Notes: generated from the letters alone by a model not told the origin. A stretch of DNA of 64,000 bases from a virus (IMGVR_UViG_2846458514_000001:4277-68276), one strand, 5' to 3'; positions 1-9,549 are shown, numbered from the stretch's first letter. Translations and numbers: made by a program.

Positions 1-33
1 GCGGCGCAGCAGGTTGATCTTTTTCTTGATTCC

Positions 34-828
34 ATGATGGGGCAGACCCTGCGCGGGGACCGCGCCCTGATGGAATTCCCTTTCTTTTCATTGGCCAAGC
101 GCCCCCGTCACACGCCCATCACTTATGACGATGGGCGGGTGATGATACGCGTCTCGCCCGGAGAACGGGGCATCGCGACCATCTGGGACAAGGACATTCT
201 GATCTATGTGACGTCCCTGATGAACGAGCAGCTGGAGCGTGGAATCGAGCCCGGCCGGACCATCCAGTTCGCGGCCGTGGATTTTCTGCGCGTGGCGGGC
301 CGCGGGACATCCGGAAAATCCTATGAGCAGCTGAAGGATGCGCTGTTCCGCCTGCGCTCAACGACGATCACCACGTCAATCGCGTCGGCCGGAGAGGAGG
401 AGGAGCGCGGTTTTGGCTGGATCGAGGCGTGGCGCATCGTCAAGCGCATGCGCAAGGACGGCAACCGGGTCATGGAGGCCATTGAAGTTACCCTCAGCGA
501 CTGGATGTACCGCGCCATCGTCAAGGAGCGCCGCGTTCTCGCGATGGATTCCAAATATTTCGAACTGACCATGGCAATGGAACGTCGGCTGTATGAACTG
601 GTACGCAAGCATTTGGGCAACCAGCAGACGTGGATGATCTCGCTTCCGCGCCTGGCAGAGAAAATTGGCACGCAGATGGAATTAAAGAAGCTGAAGGCGG
701 AACTGGTCGAGATATGCCGCCGCGACAGCCTGATCCATTACCAGATGAACCTGGAGGCACCGCCCGGGATCGTGCGCGTACCGCCGCGACGTGTGCAGGT
801 CGTATTTTCGCATAGGGACAGGGTTTGA
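34..828 (+). CDS. repA: Plasmid replication initiator RepA (RPA family); frame open to the window edge, probably 5'-truncated
   Basis: LMEFPFFSL, GIATIWDKDILIY, GTSGKSYEQLKDALFRL and ERRLYELVRKH are typical of RPA-family initiators; iterons follow the gene. Confidence 0.88.
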   Translation: MMGQTLRGDRALMEFPFFSLAKRPRHTPITYDDGRVMIRVSPGERGIATIWDKDILIYVTSLMNEQLERGIEPGRTIQFAAVDFLRVAGRGTSGKSYEQLKDALFRLRSTTITTSIASAGEEEERGFGWIEAWRIVKRMRKDGNRVMEAIEVTLSDWMYRAIVKERRVLAMDSKYFELTMAMERRLYELVRKHLGNQQTWMISLPRLAEKIGTQMELKKLKAELVEICRRDSLIHYQMNLEAPPGIVRVPPRRVQVVFSHRDRV

Positions 829-835
829 CCCATCC

Positions 836-1205
836 ATCGTGGTTTTACGGACCCAACAGACCATCCACTTGTTTATAAAGGGTTTTTATCAAAACCTGGC
901 TGTCCTGATGGCAGTCAATGAACGGCCCTGATGCCGCTCATGCGTGGAATAGCCTCTGGCGGCGTCACCAGAGGCGGGATTTCTGCCATTTCCTGTGGAA
1001 AATCAGATTTTTGTCGTATATCCGGGACCGGGCGTCGTAATATCGCGGACTGAAGCGTCGTAACATCACGGACCGTATGTCGTGGTTTTATGGACTGAAA
1101 AACGCGCAATATGCTGATTCGAAACCGGTTTTCAGACCCGTAACTGTTTTAACAAATTTAAATAACCTCTTAACGATAATGGTCTGTGGATAACCAGACA
1201 TTATT
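836..1205. other. Putative plasmid origin: iterons, AT-rich tract and DnaA box
   Basis: GTCGT...GGAC repeats start at 1013, 1034, 1057 and 1079 (period 21-23 bp), with another copy at 837-852; AT-rich tract 1141-1180; perfect DnaA box TGTGGATAA at 1185-1193. Confidence 0.75.
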
Positions 1206-1279
1206 GTCATCACGCCTGCCGCTTTTGGCCTGACAATCAACAATTTTCCGGTTCTTTCTCTTGGTTTTACGTGGGTATC

Positions 1280-1293
1280 TGGTTAGATAACCA
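1280..1293. promoter_or_regulatory. TGGT-N6-ACCA palindromic operator candidate
   Basis: TCTGGTTAGATAACCATGG (1278-1296) nearly matches TCTGGTTATTAAACCATGG (59641-59659). Confidence 0.45.
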
Positions 1294-1317
1294 TGGTTGA
1301 CCATAGGGGAGGCATCC

Positions 1318-1827
1318 ATGGAGCTTGTCGAATGTCCGACGCGACAGCTGAAACTCACGGAGGCAGGATGCGCCGCCCTGTGGAAATCAACCCGCATCAG
1401 GCCACCACAGGCGTGGGAAGGACGGCAGGCCTGCAGGGGATGCGCGCTAGGAGCGATGCGTGCTGGCGTCGCTCCTGAGAAAGCAGCGACGCCTCCAATG
1501 CGTGTGGCCCGTATCTGCGTACGCTGTCACAAACAGGCGGAAAGAGTGATCCAGAACCGCCTGTGCATCTCGTGCTACAATCGCGAGGGAGAGGCCCGTC
1601 GTGGACGTGACAGGAACGGACATCGTCCCGTACTGGCAGATCAACTGTACACCGACAGCATTGACGTCCACAATTCCAGCAGATCTTACACCGTTACCAG
1701 CACAGTTCTGAACCGAAGCGAACTGATGCTCCAGGCACTTCATACCGCAACGGAAAACCTGTGGTTTACCGCGCGGCGACGGTTGAACATCCCCGTTCCG
1801 GGGCTGCAACTGTCATTGCCACTATGA
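1318..1827 (+). CDS. Hypothetical Cys-rich (Zn-binding) phage protein
   Basis: Three CxxC pairs (CRGC, CVRC, CISC); GGAGG RBS before ATG 1318. Confidence 0.6.
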   Translation: MELVECPTRQLKLTEAGCAALWKSTRIRPPQAWEGRQACRGCALGAMRAGVAPEKAATPPMRVARICVRCHKQAERVIQNRLCISCYNREGEARRGRDRNGHRPVLADQLYTDSIDVHNSSRSYTVTSTVLNRSELMLQALHTATENLWFTARRRLNIPVPGLQLSLPL

Positions 1828-2105
1828 ATCTTCCTGCCGATCCGGACGCACATGGATGGTCGATAACGCGGCACGTCTGTGCCGTCTGCCAAGGACGCAT
1901 GCTTCAGCGGGGAGAGGAACTGCGCTGCTCGGGATGCGACCGCCGGGCACGGGGAAAAGTCTCGGCCCTGTGTGGCTGCGGGATGCGCGTAGGCAAGGAC
2001 CGGCCATTTATATGCATGCCCAATCCACGGAAATCGGCTGCTGACCCGGTTGAAATTGTGATCGGCTACCGGCCGGAAAAATCGGAAATTCCCAGAAATG
2101 TCTGA
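1824..2105 (+). CDS. Zinc-ribbon protein
   Basis: CAVC, CSGC and CGCG motifs; ATGA overlap with the previous gene. Confidence 0.6.
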   Translation: MNLPADPDAHGWSITRHVCAVCQGRMLQRGEELRCSGCDRRARGKVSALCGCGMRVGKDRPFICMPNPRKSAADPVEIVIGYRPEKSEIPRNV

Positions 2106-2631
2106 CGACGAGGAATTTGAGGCCTTTTCGGCTGCCCCTGAGACTGAAGACAGTCCGCTGGGCGTGATGACACGCCTGATTGACACCGAGGGGATGTTTT
2201 CCTTCCTGAAAACCGGTGAAGTCCGGATTGCCGTGTTCATGAGGCATTTTCCGAAGGAAAAGCAGGGACGGATCGTATTGGGCGAACTGGCATTGCCACG
2301 GTTCCAGGGGGGGCTTGCCCGCCTTGGTTCATGGCTTCTGCAGCGCGCAACGTGGTTTCAGGGACCGGATTACATCCTGATGATCGACCAGGACTGGTGG
2401 GATGGCGCACGTCCGGAAGCACAGGAAGCACTGGTCTTCCACGAACTGATGCACGCAGAGCATGCCGTGGACAGGGATGGGGAACTGAAATTCGATGATG
2501 AAGGACGCCCGGTCTGGAGCCTGAAAGGCCATGATCTCGAAGAGTTCCGCGAGGTGGTCCGGCGATATGGCGACTGGAGCGGAGAGATCGGAGCCTTCGT
2601 AGACGCCGCGCGGATCGGGGGCGTGACCTGA
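2098..2631 (+). CDS. Putative phage metallopeptidase
   Basis: ALVFHELMH (HExxH) and GHDLEEF..VVRRYG motifs. Confidence 0.75.
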   Translation: MSDDEEFEAFSAAPETEDSPLGVMTRLIDTEGMFSFLKTGEVRIAVFMRHFPKEKQGRIVLGELALPRFQGGLARLGSWLLQRATWFQGPDYILMIDQDWWDGARPEAQEALVFHELMHAEHAVDRDGELKFDDEGRPVWSLKGHDLEEFREVVRRYGDWSGEIGAFVDAARIGGVT

Positions 2632-3269
2632 TGGCGAGACCCGCGCTGGACCGCGTCCGCAAGAAGGAATTGCGTGCCGAATTTGAAAAGGAGGTCATGG
2701 CCGCGTTCGCCAATTTTGGACCCGATTTCGACAAATCCGCCCTCATGCGCAAATACACGGCTGCTGGGCTCAACACGTCGAGCCTGTATCGCTGGTTTGA
2801 CGCCATCAAATCATCGGGCGCCCCGGGCCGTGCATTTGCCGAGAAGGTTCGAGATAACGTGCGCGAACGCAGCCAGGCCAGCCAAGAGCCTGCGGTAGCG
2901 ATCGGCGCGGATATCGTCGCCGAACTGCCGGTGGTGCCCGATCCTGACGAGATCGTGGGGCTGGGCGTCGGCAAGATCGTTGACCAGATGCAGATGTGCA
3001 TGAATGTCGCACGCAGGATCCTCAAGCACAGTTTCCATGACGACGGTAAGCCCCGCAACGCCAAGCTGGCCCTGTCCGCGTCGGAGCACCTGCGCCGCTC
3101 GGTCGATACGATGGCACGCCTGTATGAAATGATGATCGCGTACCAACAGGTTGAGACGTTCCACAAGACGATTTTCGAGGTCATCCGTGACGTTGATCCG
3201 ATCGTGGCGGAGACGATCCTCGGGCGTTTGCGGCAACTGAACGCAACCCAGCGCGGAGGGGCGGGATGA
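2631..3269 (+). CDS. Probable terminase small subunit
   Basis: HTH-like SSLYRW segment, helical body, coupled directly upstream of the large subunit. Confidence 0.55.
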   Translation: MARPALDRVRKKELRAEFEKEVMAAFANFGPDFDKSALMRKYTAAGLNTSSLYRWFDAIKSSGAPGRAFAEKVRDNVRERSQASQEPAVAIGADIVAELPVVPDPDEIVGLGVGKIVDQMQMCMNVARRILKHSFHDDGKPRNAKLALSASEHLRRSVDTMARLYEMMIAYQQVETFHKTIFEVIRDVDPIVAETILGRLRQLNATQRGGAG

Positions 3270-5347
3270 ACCTGCTGCAGCGTTCTCTCGACTGCCAGCT
3301 CATGATGCTGGAGGAAACTGCGGCACGGCTGGGCTATGGCGGGACGGGCTCGATCCCGGAGGCCATGGGGTTTCTGGAGTGGTGCGAGGACCTGGCGGCA
3401 AAGGGGCTGAAAATTGACGGACGCCCTTTCCGCCTGGACAACCGGCCGGCCCTGCGCCCGATCTACGATGCAATCCCGACCACCCGCCAGCAGGCCTATG
3501 GCAAGACTCTCGTGATCCAGAAGGCGACCCAGCTGGGCCTTACCGTGTGGGAAGTGCTGGCCGACCTTTACATGGCCAAGAAATGGTCGCCGGTGAATAT
3601 CGGGATGTTCCTGCCCGACCAGAACACGGCGGCGTTCAAGTCCGAACGACGGTTCATGCCGATCATCCGGTCGTCGCCACAGCTGCTATCGGAACTGATC
3701 TATCGCTATGACGGCAAGGGCGGCCGGCAGAAGATCGGTGAAGGCAATGTCCTGACGCGCGAGATCGCGGGGTCGCTCCTGATGTTCCTGTGGACGTCGG
3801 GCAAGGTCTCCACGGAATCCCGGCCCATGGATATCGTCAGTCTGGACGAAGTCCAGGGTATGAGCCTGGAGGAAATTGACAAGGTCGCAGCCCGAATGGG
3901 TGACAGCGACGTGCGTTTCAAGATGCTGCTGTCCACGGCGAACATGCCGGACGAGGATATCAACAACTGGTACAAGCGTGGCACGCAGGAGGTGTGGCAC
4001 ACGCGATGTCCCGGTTGCGGGGCGCTGTCGGACCTGTCCGATCCCAACGGCATATTCCCGTCGCGCTCGATCGTTTTCAACAAGGGTCAGGTCCGCCCTG
4101 CCCCGCCATATCCCGGCGAAACGGCCCAGCACGCGCCGCCTGTTGATGATTATGTGTGGGTCTGCCCGGAGTGCCAGGGCTACATCCCCGACCCGCAATA
4201 TGGTGACTATATTGCCCAGAATCCCGGTGCTGGAAATGATATCCGCTCATTCCTGCTGCCCCGGACGATCAGCCCGAGGATGACCGCCCGGGAAATGTTC
4301 ACCGATTTCGGGTTTGCATCGACAGGAGCGCAGAAACAGAGTTTCTTCAATCGCACGCTGGCGCGCCCCTATGTTGATCCAGACCAGATCCCAGTTTCCT
4401 ACGAGGTCTGCCAGGCGGGCGTGGAGCGCGGACGTGCCGCTGGCGTGACATGGGAGGAAACGGGCAGCGGGACCTACATGGGGATCGACCAGATGGGGGG
4501 CTTTAACGCCGTCATCATCAAGAAGCGGCTGCCTGACAACCGGCAGGCGGTGATCCATGTGGAGGCTGTGTTCGACCTGTCCCCGTTTGACCGGTGTGCT
4601 GATCTGATGCGGCAGTACGGGGTTGAGGTCTGTGTCGTCGAACAGCTGCCGAATTTCAACGATGCGCGCAAATTCGCCAACCGCTTCCCCGGCCGCGTGT
4701 TCCTGTGCACCGGCTATCAGGACATGGGCGATGAATCCATGCACTGGGGGGACAGCCTGTCGCGGTCGGAGCGTATGACCAGCGAGGAAGAACGGACGCG
4801 CTACACAGTTCGCTTGGACCGATACAAATGCATGCAGACGTCCTTGTACCGCATTCGCGACGGTATCTGCCTGTTTCCCGACCCCAACGGGCTGGAGCAG
4901 GAAGTCATCGAGAACGGCAGGAAGCGGCGCATCGCGATCCTCTACGACTGGGTTTTCCTGCATTTTTCCCGTACTGCCCTGGTCACGGTTGCAGATCCGG
5001 AAACAGGGAAGACACGGCGCACTGTCCAGAAGATCGGGCTGGACCCGCATTTCAGTTTTGCACTGATGCTATGTGATGCGGCATGGGCACGTGTGCAGGG
5101 CAATTCCACGTTCATCCTTCCTGATGCTGGATTGGCAGGCGTGGGTACCGCCCAGTCGCCGTCTCCGTCCGCAGCCCAGAACCTGACGTCGCGGCTGGCA
5201 GAAATGATGGGAAGCGCCCCGGAGGGTGCCTGCGGGAAATGCCGGTATTTCGGAGGGGGCACCTGTTCGGAACGGGATCTGCGCGTTGGTGCGCTGGACC
5301 CGGGTTGCGTGTTCTACGAGCCCGCTGCGGACGACGTGACATCGTGA
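3266..5347 (+). CDS. terL: Terminase large subunit (GpA-like)
   Basis: QKATQLGLT Walker A variant, SLDEV Walker B, LLST motif III, CPGC/CPEC zinc knuckle, MGIDQ nuclease motif, DPHF. Confidence 0.88.
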   Translation: MNLLQRSLDCQLMMLEETAARLGYGGTGSIPEAMGFLEWCEDLAAKGLKIDGRPFRLDNRPALRPIYDAIPTTRQQAYGKTLVIQKATQLGLTVWEVLADLYMAKKWSPVNIGMFLPDQNTAAFKSERRFMPIIRSSPQLLSELIYRYDGKGGRQKIGEGNVLTREIAGSLLMFLWTSGKVSTESRPMDIVSLDEVQGMSLEEIDKVAARMGDSDVRFKMLLSTANMPDEDINNWYKRGTQEVWHTRCPGCGALSDLSDPNGIFPSRSIVFNKGQVRPAPPYPGETAQHAPPVDDYVWVCPECQGYIPDPQYGDYIAQNPGAGNDIRSFLLPRTISPRMTAREMFTDFGFASTGAQKQSFFNRTLARPYVDPDQIPVSYEVCQAGVERGRAAGVTWEETGSGTYMGIDQMGGFNAVIIKKRLPDNRQAVIHVEAVFDLSPFDRCADLMRQYGVEVCVVEQLPNFNDARKFANRFPGRVFLCTGYQDMGDESMHWGDSLSRSERMTSEEERTRYTVRLDRYKCMQTSLYRIRDGICLFPDPNGLEQEVIENGRKRRIAILYDWVFLHFSRTALVTVADPETGKTRRTVQKIGLDPHFSFALMLCDAAWARVQGNSTFILPDAGLAGVGTAQSPSPSAAQNLTSRLAEMMGSAPEGACGKCRYFGGGTCSERDLRVGALDPGCVFYEPAADDVTS

Positions 5348-5356
5348 TGCGACACT
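5341..5356 (+). promoter_or_regulatory. Late-promoter motif variant ATCGTGATGC-GACACT
   Basis: Matches the repeated motif; ATG 5364 lies 7 nt downstream. Confidence 0.5.
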
Positions 5357-5363
5357 GAACGGC

Positions 5364-5600
5364 ATGAACGAAACCGTGCGACAGTTGGCCCTCGGCCTCG
5401 ATACCCCGCCTGACGAACGTTTCGACGCGTCCGTGGAGATGCACAAGGCGTATCGCCCGCTGGCGTCCCAACTGATCCCGCCTGAAAACCTGCGCCCTGT
5501 GATTGACTACATCAACAATGGGTTGATGGACGCTGAGTTCTACAAGGCAACCCCGCGGCAGATCATCCGGCTGTCCATGCCGCAGCCGAAAAGGAAGGTG
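5364..5600 (+). pseudogene. Probable portal-gene N-terminal remnant
   Basis: Occupies the portal position after terL; ~75 protein-like codons with two K-A motifs, then reads as shadow sequence over the zeta gene; no full portal ORF in the window. Confidence 0.45.
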
Positions 5601-5602
5601 GC

Positions 5603-6616
5603 GTGCATCGCTCCATTCCGCCGGAACATTTCAACGCGGTGGATTTCGCAGCGCCCTATAACGATCATGCTGTGTCGTTGCCGGAGGTCTATCACGGATT
5701 TCCGGCCGATACGCAGGCCCGGCTGGATCAGTCTGCTGACGAACTTGCCAAGAAGCCGACGACGGTTGAACTGTTCTGCCATGACGGTGTCTACACGCCT
5801 GAGCGTGCAGCACTTCATGAGAGGATACTGGCCGATTATACGTCGGCAGAGCGCCTATCCAAGGCTTTCCCTGCCGAAGGGGAAGCGCCGACCTTCATTT
5901 TCCTTGGCGGCCGTGGTGGTTCCGGGAAATCCGCGTTGCGGGGTATCGCATATGGCGACGACGCGCTTGTCATCTATGCAGACGGCATCAAGGCGCGCCT
6001 GCCTGGTTATGACGGGACGAACGCACATCTCTATCATGAGGAATCGTCAGACATCGCAGAAGAATTGATGCGGCGTCTGAAGGCGATCAAAGCCAATATC
6101 GTTTATGATTCCACCATGCGCACGACAGCCAGGGCTGTAGCCCTTGCAAAGTCGATGAAAGCGGATCATTATCGGCTGGAAGTGCATTACATGTTTCTGC
6201 CGCGGCTTGATGCAGCACGTCGCGCCGTGAGCAGATATATCGAAGACGGGCGGCTGGTCCCTCCTTCCGTGGTGCTCGGAAACCTGACAAACGAAGCAAG
6301 TTTTGATGCCGTGAAAGACCTGGCGGACAGCTGGTCATTTCGCAGCAATCTGGTGGCGCGGGGCAGTCCGCCTGCCCTGATATCGGAGAAGAAAGATGAC
6401 CGTACTGAAAAATCCCGAAACGTGGGATTATCCGGACACGGTGGACATAGCCAGGGAGAGCCGCGTGAAGCTGTCTCCGGAGGCAGAGACGGCCTGGGAG
6501 GAACGCGTCAGGAAGGCGCGGCAGATGCGGGCGGAAGCCGACGCGACCGCCTCACGAAAGGACTGATCCCTTCAGCCCGTATTCTGGTGCTGCTTCCTGA
6601 CTGTCGGCGTGCATGA
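5603..6616 (+). CDS. Zeta-toxin-family P-loop kinase
   Basis: FIFLGGRGGSGKS Walker A, ADGIK, HEESS, NIVYDST, GRLVP. Confidence 0.8.
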   Translation: MHRSIPPEHFNAVDFAAPYNDHAVSLPEVYHGFPADTQARLDQSADELAKKPTTVELFCHDGVYTPERAALHERILADYTSAERLSKAFPAEGEAPTFIFLGGRGGSGKSALRGIAYGDDALVIYADGIKARLPGYDGTNAHLYHEESSDIAEELMRRLKAIKANIVYDSTMRTTARAVALAKSMKADHYRLEVHYMFLPRLDAARRAVSRYIEDGRLVPPSVVLGNLTNEASFDAVKDLADSWSFRSNLVARGSPPALISEKKDDRTEKSRNVGLSGHGGHSQGEPREAVSGGRDGLGGTRQEGAADAGGSRRDRLTKGLIPSARILVLLPDCRRA

Positions 6617-7824
6617 CCAGGCGCGCGGAAATTCTGGTCGATATTGGAGGTATAGCGTCATGCCAGTGCGATGATGCGCTGGAAAGCCTGTTCAAGGCCG
6701 CGACGGAAACGCCAGCCCGGAACCCCACCATGCTGTGGGATGACGTTCCCAATCCGATCATCCGCAGGCTGGTCGAACTGTTCACCCAGAAATATCAGGC
6801 GGTCCTGAAGCAACTGCAGGACCGCTTTGGCCAGATCCTTACCGGGAAGGGCACAGGCTCGCTCCAGAAGGCGCTATCCCCTGGATGGGGACGGTGGACG
6901 CCTGAACAGGAGCAGGAGGCCCGGGCGCATCTGGAGCGGCATCCTCCCGAAGATTATACCCTTGATGACTGGATGCTGCTGGTCGAGCTGCTGATGCAGG
7001 AATACCTGCCGCATGACGTGGCGGTGGACTGGGGGGACTGGCTGACGGTACGGGCTACGCTCGCGGGAAAGGCGCAGGCTGCGTTCGAGGCGCGGGGCAT
7101 CCGGGATGCCGAGAGCATCGCGAAAATGGCGGAATACATGCCCACGGGGTTCGGGGCGGTTCCGCGCAAGATCCTCACGCCAGTCGAGATGAAGACCATC
7201 GAGATTGCGCGGGCACGCGCGGCCGAGAACATCTCCGCCGTCACCGACGTGGCGCGCCACAAGATGAAGAACCTGATCATCCAGCACATGGAAGCGCAGA
7301 TGTTCGGGATGAAGCAGGGTCAGTTCACCGCACTGCGGCAGAGCCTTTTTGATGCGTTCGGGGAACTGAACCGAGATTTCCGGCGCATTGCAGTGACCGA
7401 GGCGGGGGAGGCCTGCAACCAGGGCCTGATCGCCACCCTCTCGCCCGGGCAGCGGGTCAAGCGCGTGGAAGCTTATCGCGGCGCGTGCGCGTTCTGCAAA
7501 TCGATCAACGGGAAAATCTTTACCGTCGTTGCGCCCGACGCGCCGGAGCAGAATGGCCAGACGCAGGTCTGGGTCGGGAAAACCAATATCGGGCGCTCTG
7601 CCGCTTCGCGGCGTCGCACTGACGAAGGGCTGATGCCCCGCAGCGAAAACGAGATGTGGTGGCCAGCCGCCGGCGTCCAGCACCCGAACTGCCGGGGCAG
7701 CTGGGTCACGGTTACGGATCCGGGACCTGATGTTTCCCCTGAATTCGTCAACTGGATGGACGGAATCCTGCGCAAGCATAGTCTCAAGCCAGTCGGCAGA
7801 CCAAGCGGGCAGCAACCAACGTAG
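6613..7824 (+). CDS. Head morphogenesis protein (MuF/SPP1 gp7-like)
   Basis: RRIAVTE, CAFC and QHPNCRG motifs. Confidence 0.75.
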   Translation: MTRRAEILVDIGGIASCQCDDALESLFKAATETPARNPTMLWDDVPNPIIRRLVELFTQKYQAVLKQLQDRFGQILTGKGTGSLQKALSPGWGRWTPEQEQEARAHLERHPPEDYTLDDWMLLVELLMQEYLPHDVAVDWGDWLTVRATLAGKAQAAFEARGIRDAESIAKMAEYMPTGFGAVPRKILTPVEMKTIEIARARAAENISAVTDVARHKMKNLIIQHMEAQMFGMKQGQFTALRQSLFDAFGELNRDFRRIAVTEAGEACNQGLIATLSPGQRVKRVEAYRGACAFCKSINGKIFTVVAPDAPEQNGQTQVWVGKTNIGRSAASRRRTDEGLMPRSENEMWWPAAGVQHPNCRGSWVTVTDPGPDVSPEFVNWMDGILRKHSLKPVGRPSGQQPT

Positions 7825-7829
7825 CCAGA

Positions 7830-7847
7830 TTGCATGCATGCATGCAA
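7830..7847. repeat. TTGCATGCATGCATGCAA palindrome, copy 1
   Basis: Exact 18-bp palindrome, four copies in the window. Confidence 0.9.
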
Positions 7848-7858
7848 AACACGCGTCT

Positions 7859-7874
7859 GTCGTGACGGCATGAT
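7859..7874 (+). promoter_or_regulatory. Late-promoter motif GTCGTGACGG-CATGAT
   Basis: Repeated intergenic motif. Confidence 0.6.
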
Positions 7875-7901
7875 GGGACATCATCATGCAGCGGAGCGAT
7901 T

Positions 7902-8261
7902 ATGCGCGGTTTTCTGACTTTCCTTGCGGTTCTGGCCTGCCCTGTGCTTGCCCTGGCGGCGAGCGTGGGGCCGTCCAGTCCCATGATGCCCGAGGCTCCG
8001 GCGATCATGGCCGCAGCCACGTGGCAGGAGATTTTCCCGGCTGGCACCCAAAATCATGGCGGCGTGTTCCAGAACACCTCTGCGGCGGTGGAGTATATCT
8101 GTCTGACGGGATGCTCGGGGGGTGATCTTGGTTCCACAGCGATTGCCGTCTATCCGGCATCGGCGACGAACCCCGGCATATTCCGGTGGGGGCCAGTCAG
8201 CGGCCCCATTACGGTCTATGGCGCGAAAGCAGGCCAGACCTACAGCGCGTTTGGAGGCTGA
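7902..8261 (+). CDS. Small secreted protein
   Basis: Signal peptide MRGFLTFLAVLACPVLALA; beta-rich mature region. Confidence 0.6.
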   Translation: MRGFLTFLAVLACPVLALAASVGPSSPMMPEAPAIMAAATWQEIFPAGTQNHGGVFQNTSAAVEYICLTGCSGGDLGSTAIAVYPASATNPGIFRWGPVSGPITVYGAKAGQTYSAFGG

Positions 8262-8306
8262 CATGCATGCTTGCAAGCAAATCGGCAAGCGCCGAGGCAT
8301 TCTGCC

Positions 8307-8858
8307 ATGCTGATCCTCCTCAAAGCCATGCCGCAGCATCCCCTGTCATGCTTCCATGAACCCACGGAGGGGCAGAAGCGGGCCGGAAATTATCGTAAGA
8401 CAAAAACCGATTTCGGAGGCTTGCCGATCACCATCGAGAACGAGGCCGGAAGTGTCCGGCGCGGTCGCGATCATGGCGGTAAGGAATGGGCCACCACCAT
8501 GACGTGCCATTACGGATATATCCGGGGCACCGTGGGGGCGGACGGCGACCATTATGACGTGTTCATCGGCCCGGACGAAAAGTCACGGCGTGTCTGGATC
8601 ATCCAGACCATGGCGCCGCCTGATTTTCGCAAGAAGGACGAGGAAAAGGCGATGCTCGGCTTTGGCAGCGAAAGTGAGGCCCGGGCCAGCTTTCTGCGCC
8701 ATTACGACAATCCTGCCTTCCTGGGAGCAATCCGCGAACTGCCGTTCGACATCTTCAAGCGACAGGTCATGGCGACCAAGGAGAACGGAGGAAAACTGCG
8801 GGATCCACAACCTGTGAGAAAATGCTTTATCGTGCTTGGGGGGCAACTGCCGGCATGA
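8307..8858 (+). CDS. Inorganic-pyrophosphatase-like (InPase) phage protein
   Basis: AGNYRK, ITIEN..GSVRRG, YGYIRGT.GADGDHYDVFIG and DEEKAMLGF motifs. Confidence 0.8.
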   Translation: MLILLKAMPQHPLSCFHEPTEGQKRAGNYRKTKTDFGGLPITIENEAGSVRRGRDHGGKEWATTMTCHYGYIRGTVGADGDHYDVFIGPDEKSRRVWIIQTMAPPDFRKKDEEKAMLGFGSESEARASFLRHYDNPAFLGAIRELPFDIFKRQVMATKENGGKLRDPQPVRKCFIVLGGQLPA

Positions 8859-8989
8859 TTGCGCCGCGCAACAGGATGTGGCGCGCACTGATCTGGCTGC
8901 TGGTCCGCAAGGAACGCGCCCGGGCGCGGGCATGGGCCGCGGTCATAGAGGCGTCCCGTCGCCAGCGGCGCCCGGGTCGTAAAAAATAG
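8855..8989 (+). CDS. 44-aa Arg/Trp-rich peptide
   Basis: MIAPRNRMWRALIWLLVRKERARARAWAAVIEASRRQRRPGRKK; ATGA-coupled to the upstream gene. Confidence 0.4.
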   Translation: MIAPRNRMWRALIWLLVRKERARARAWAAVIEASRRQRRPGRKK

Positions 8990-9099
8990 GGGGCTGGCAG
9001 GATGTCTGGTATGTTGACCAGACCGGCGACGGCCACTACCTAATTACGATCATCGTGGTATCGCGGACCGTTCCGTCGCCGCGTATCAAGACTGGGGGC

Positions 9100-9549
9100 A
9101 TGGTTATGCTGAGCGCGAAGCAGGTCGCTGATTATTTTCTGACGTTGGCAGATCCCGACGTTGGGGATGAGATTTCCAATCTGAAACTCCAGAAGCTCTG
9201 CTATTACGCGCAGGGGTTCAGTCTGGCATTGAACAACACGCCCCTGTTCAGGGAGCCGATTGTCGCGTGGCAGCATGGCCCCGTAGTGGAATCAATTTAC
9301 CACGCGTTCAAGGAGCACGGTCCGCACGGGATTCCATGTCCGGAGGGGCTGGATTTCACGGTATATGACGAGGACGACCGGGAACTGCTGGACGAAGTCT
9401 ATGACGTGTATGGGCAGTTTTCCGCATGGAAACTGCGCAATATGACGCATGAGGAAGCGCCGTGGTGCAACGCCTACAAGAGCGGTGCAAATAACGTGAT
9501 CTCCCAGGCAGCCATGAAAAAATTCTTCAAGAGGCGGCTGAAGGACTAG
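9100..9549 (+). CDS. Panacea (SocA/GepA, DUF4065) antitoxin
   Basis: ISNLKLQKLCYYAQG, AWQHGPVV, YGQFSAWKLRNMTHEEAPW. Confidence 0.9.
   Translation: MVMLSAKQVADYFLTLADPDVGDEISNLKLQKLCYYAQGFSLALNNTPLFREPIVAWQHGPVVESIYHAFKEHGPHGIPCPEGLDFTVYDEDDRELLDEVYDVYGQFSAWKLRNMTHEEAPWCNAYKSGANNVISQAAMKKFFKRRLKD

Noticed and set aside
1010-1100. CRISPR-like array
   Set aside because: Units are ~22 bp, degenerate and have no spacers; position beside repA fits iterons; no cas genes.
8815-8832. Eighth recombination-like site TGAGAA-AATGCT-TTATCG
   Set aside because: One mismatch, inside a CDS, lacks outer symmetry and is far from the cluster; could be chance.
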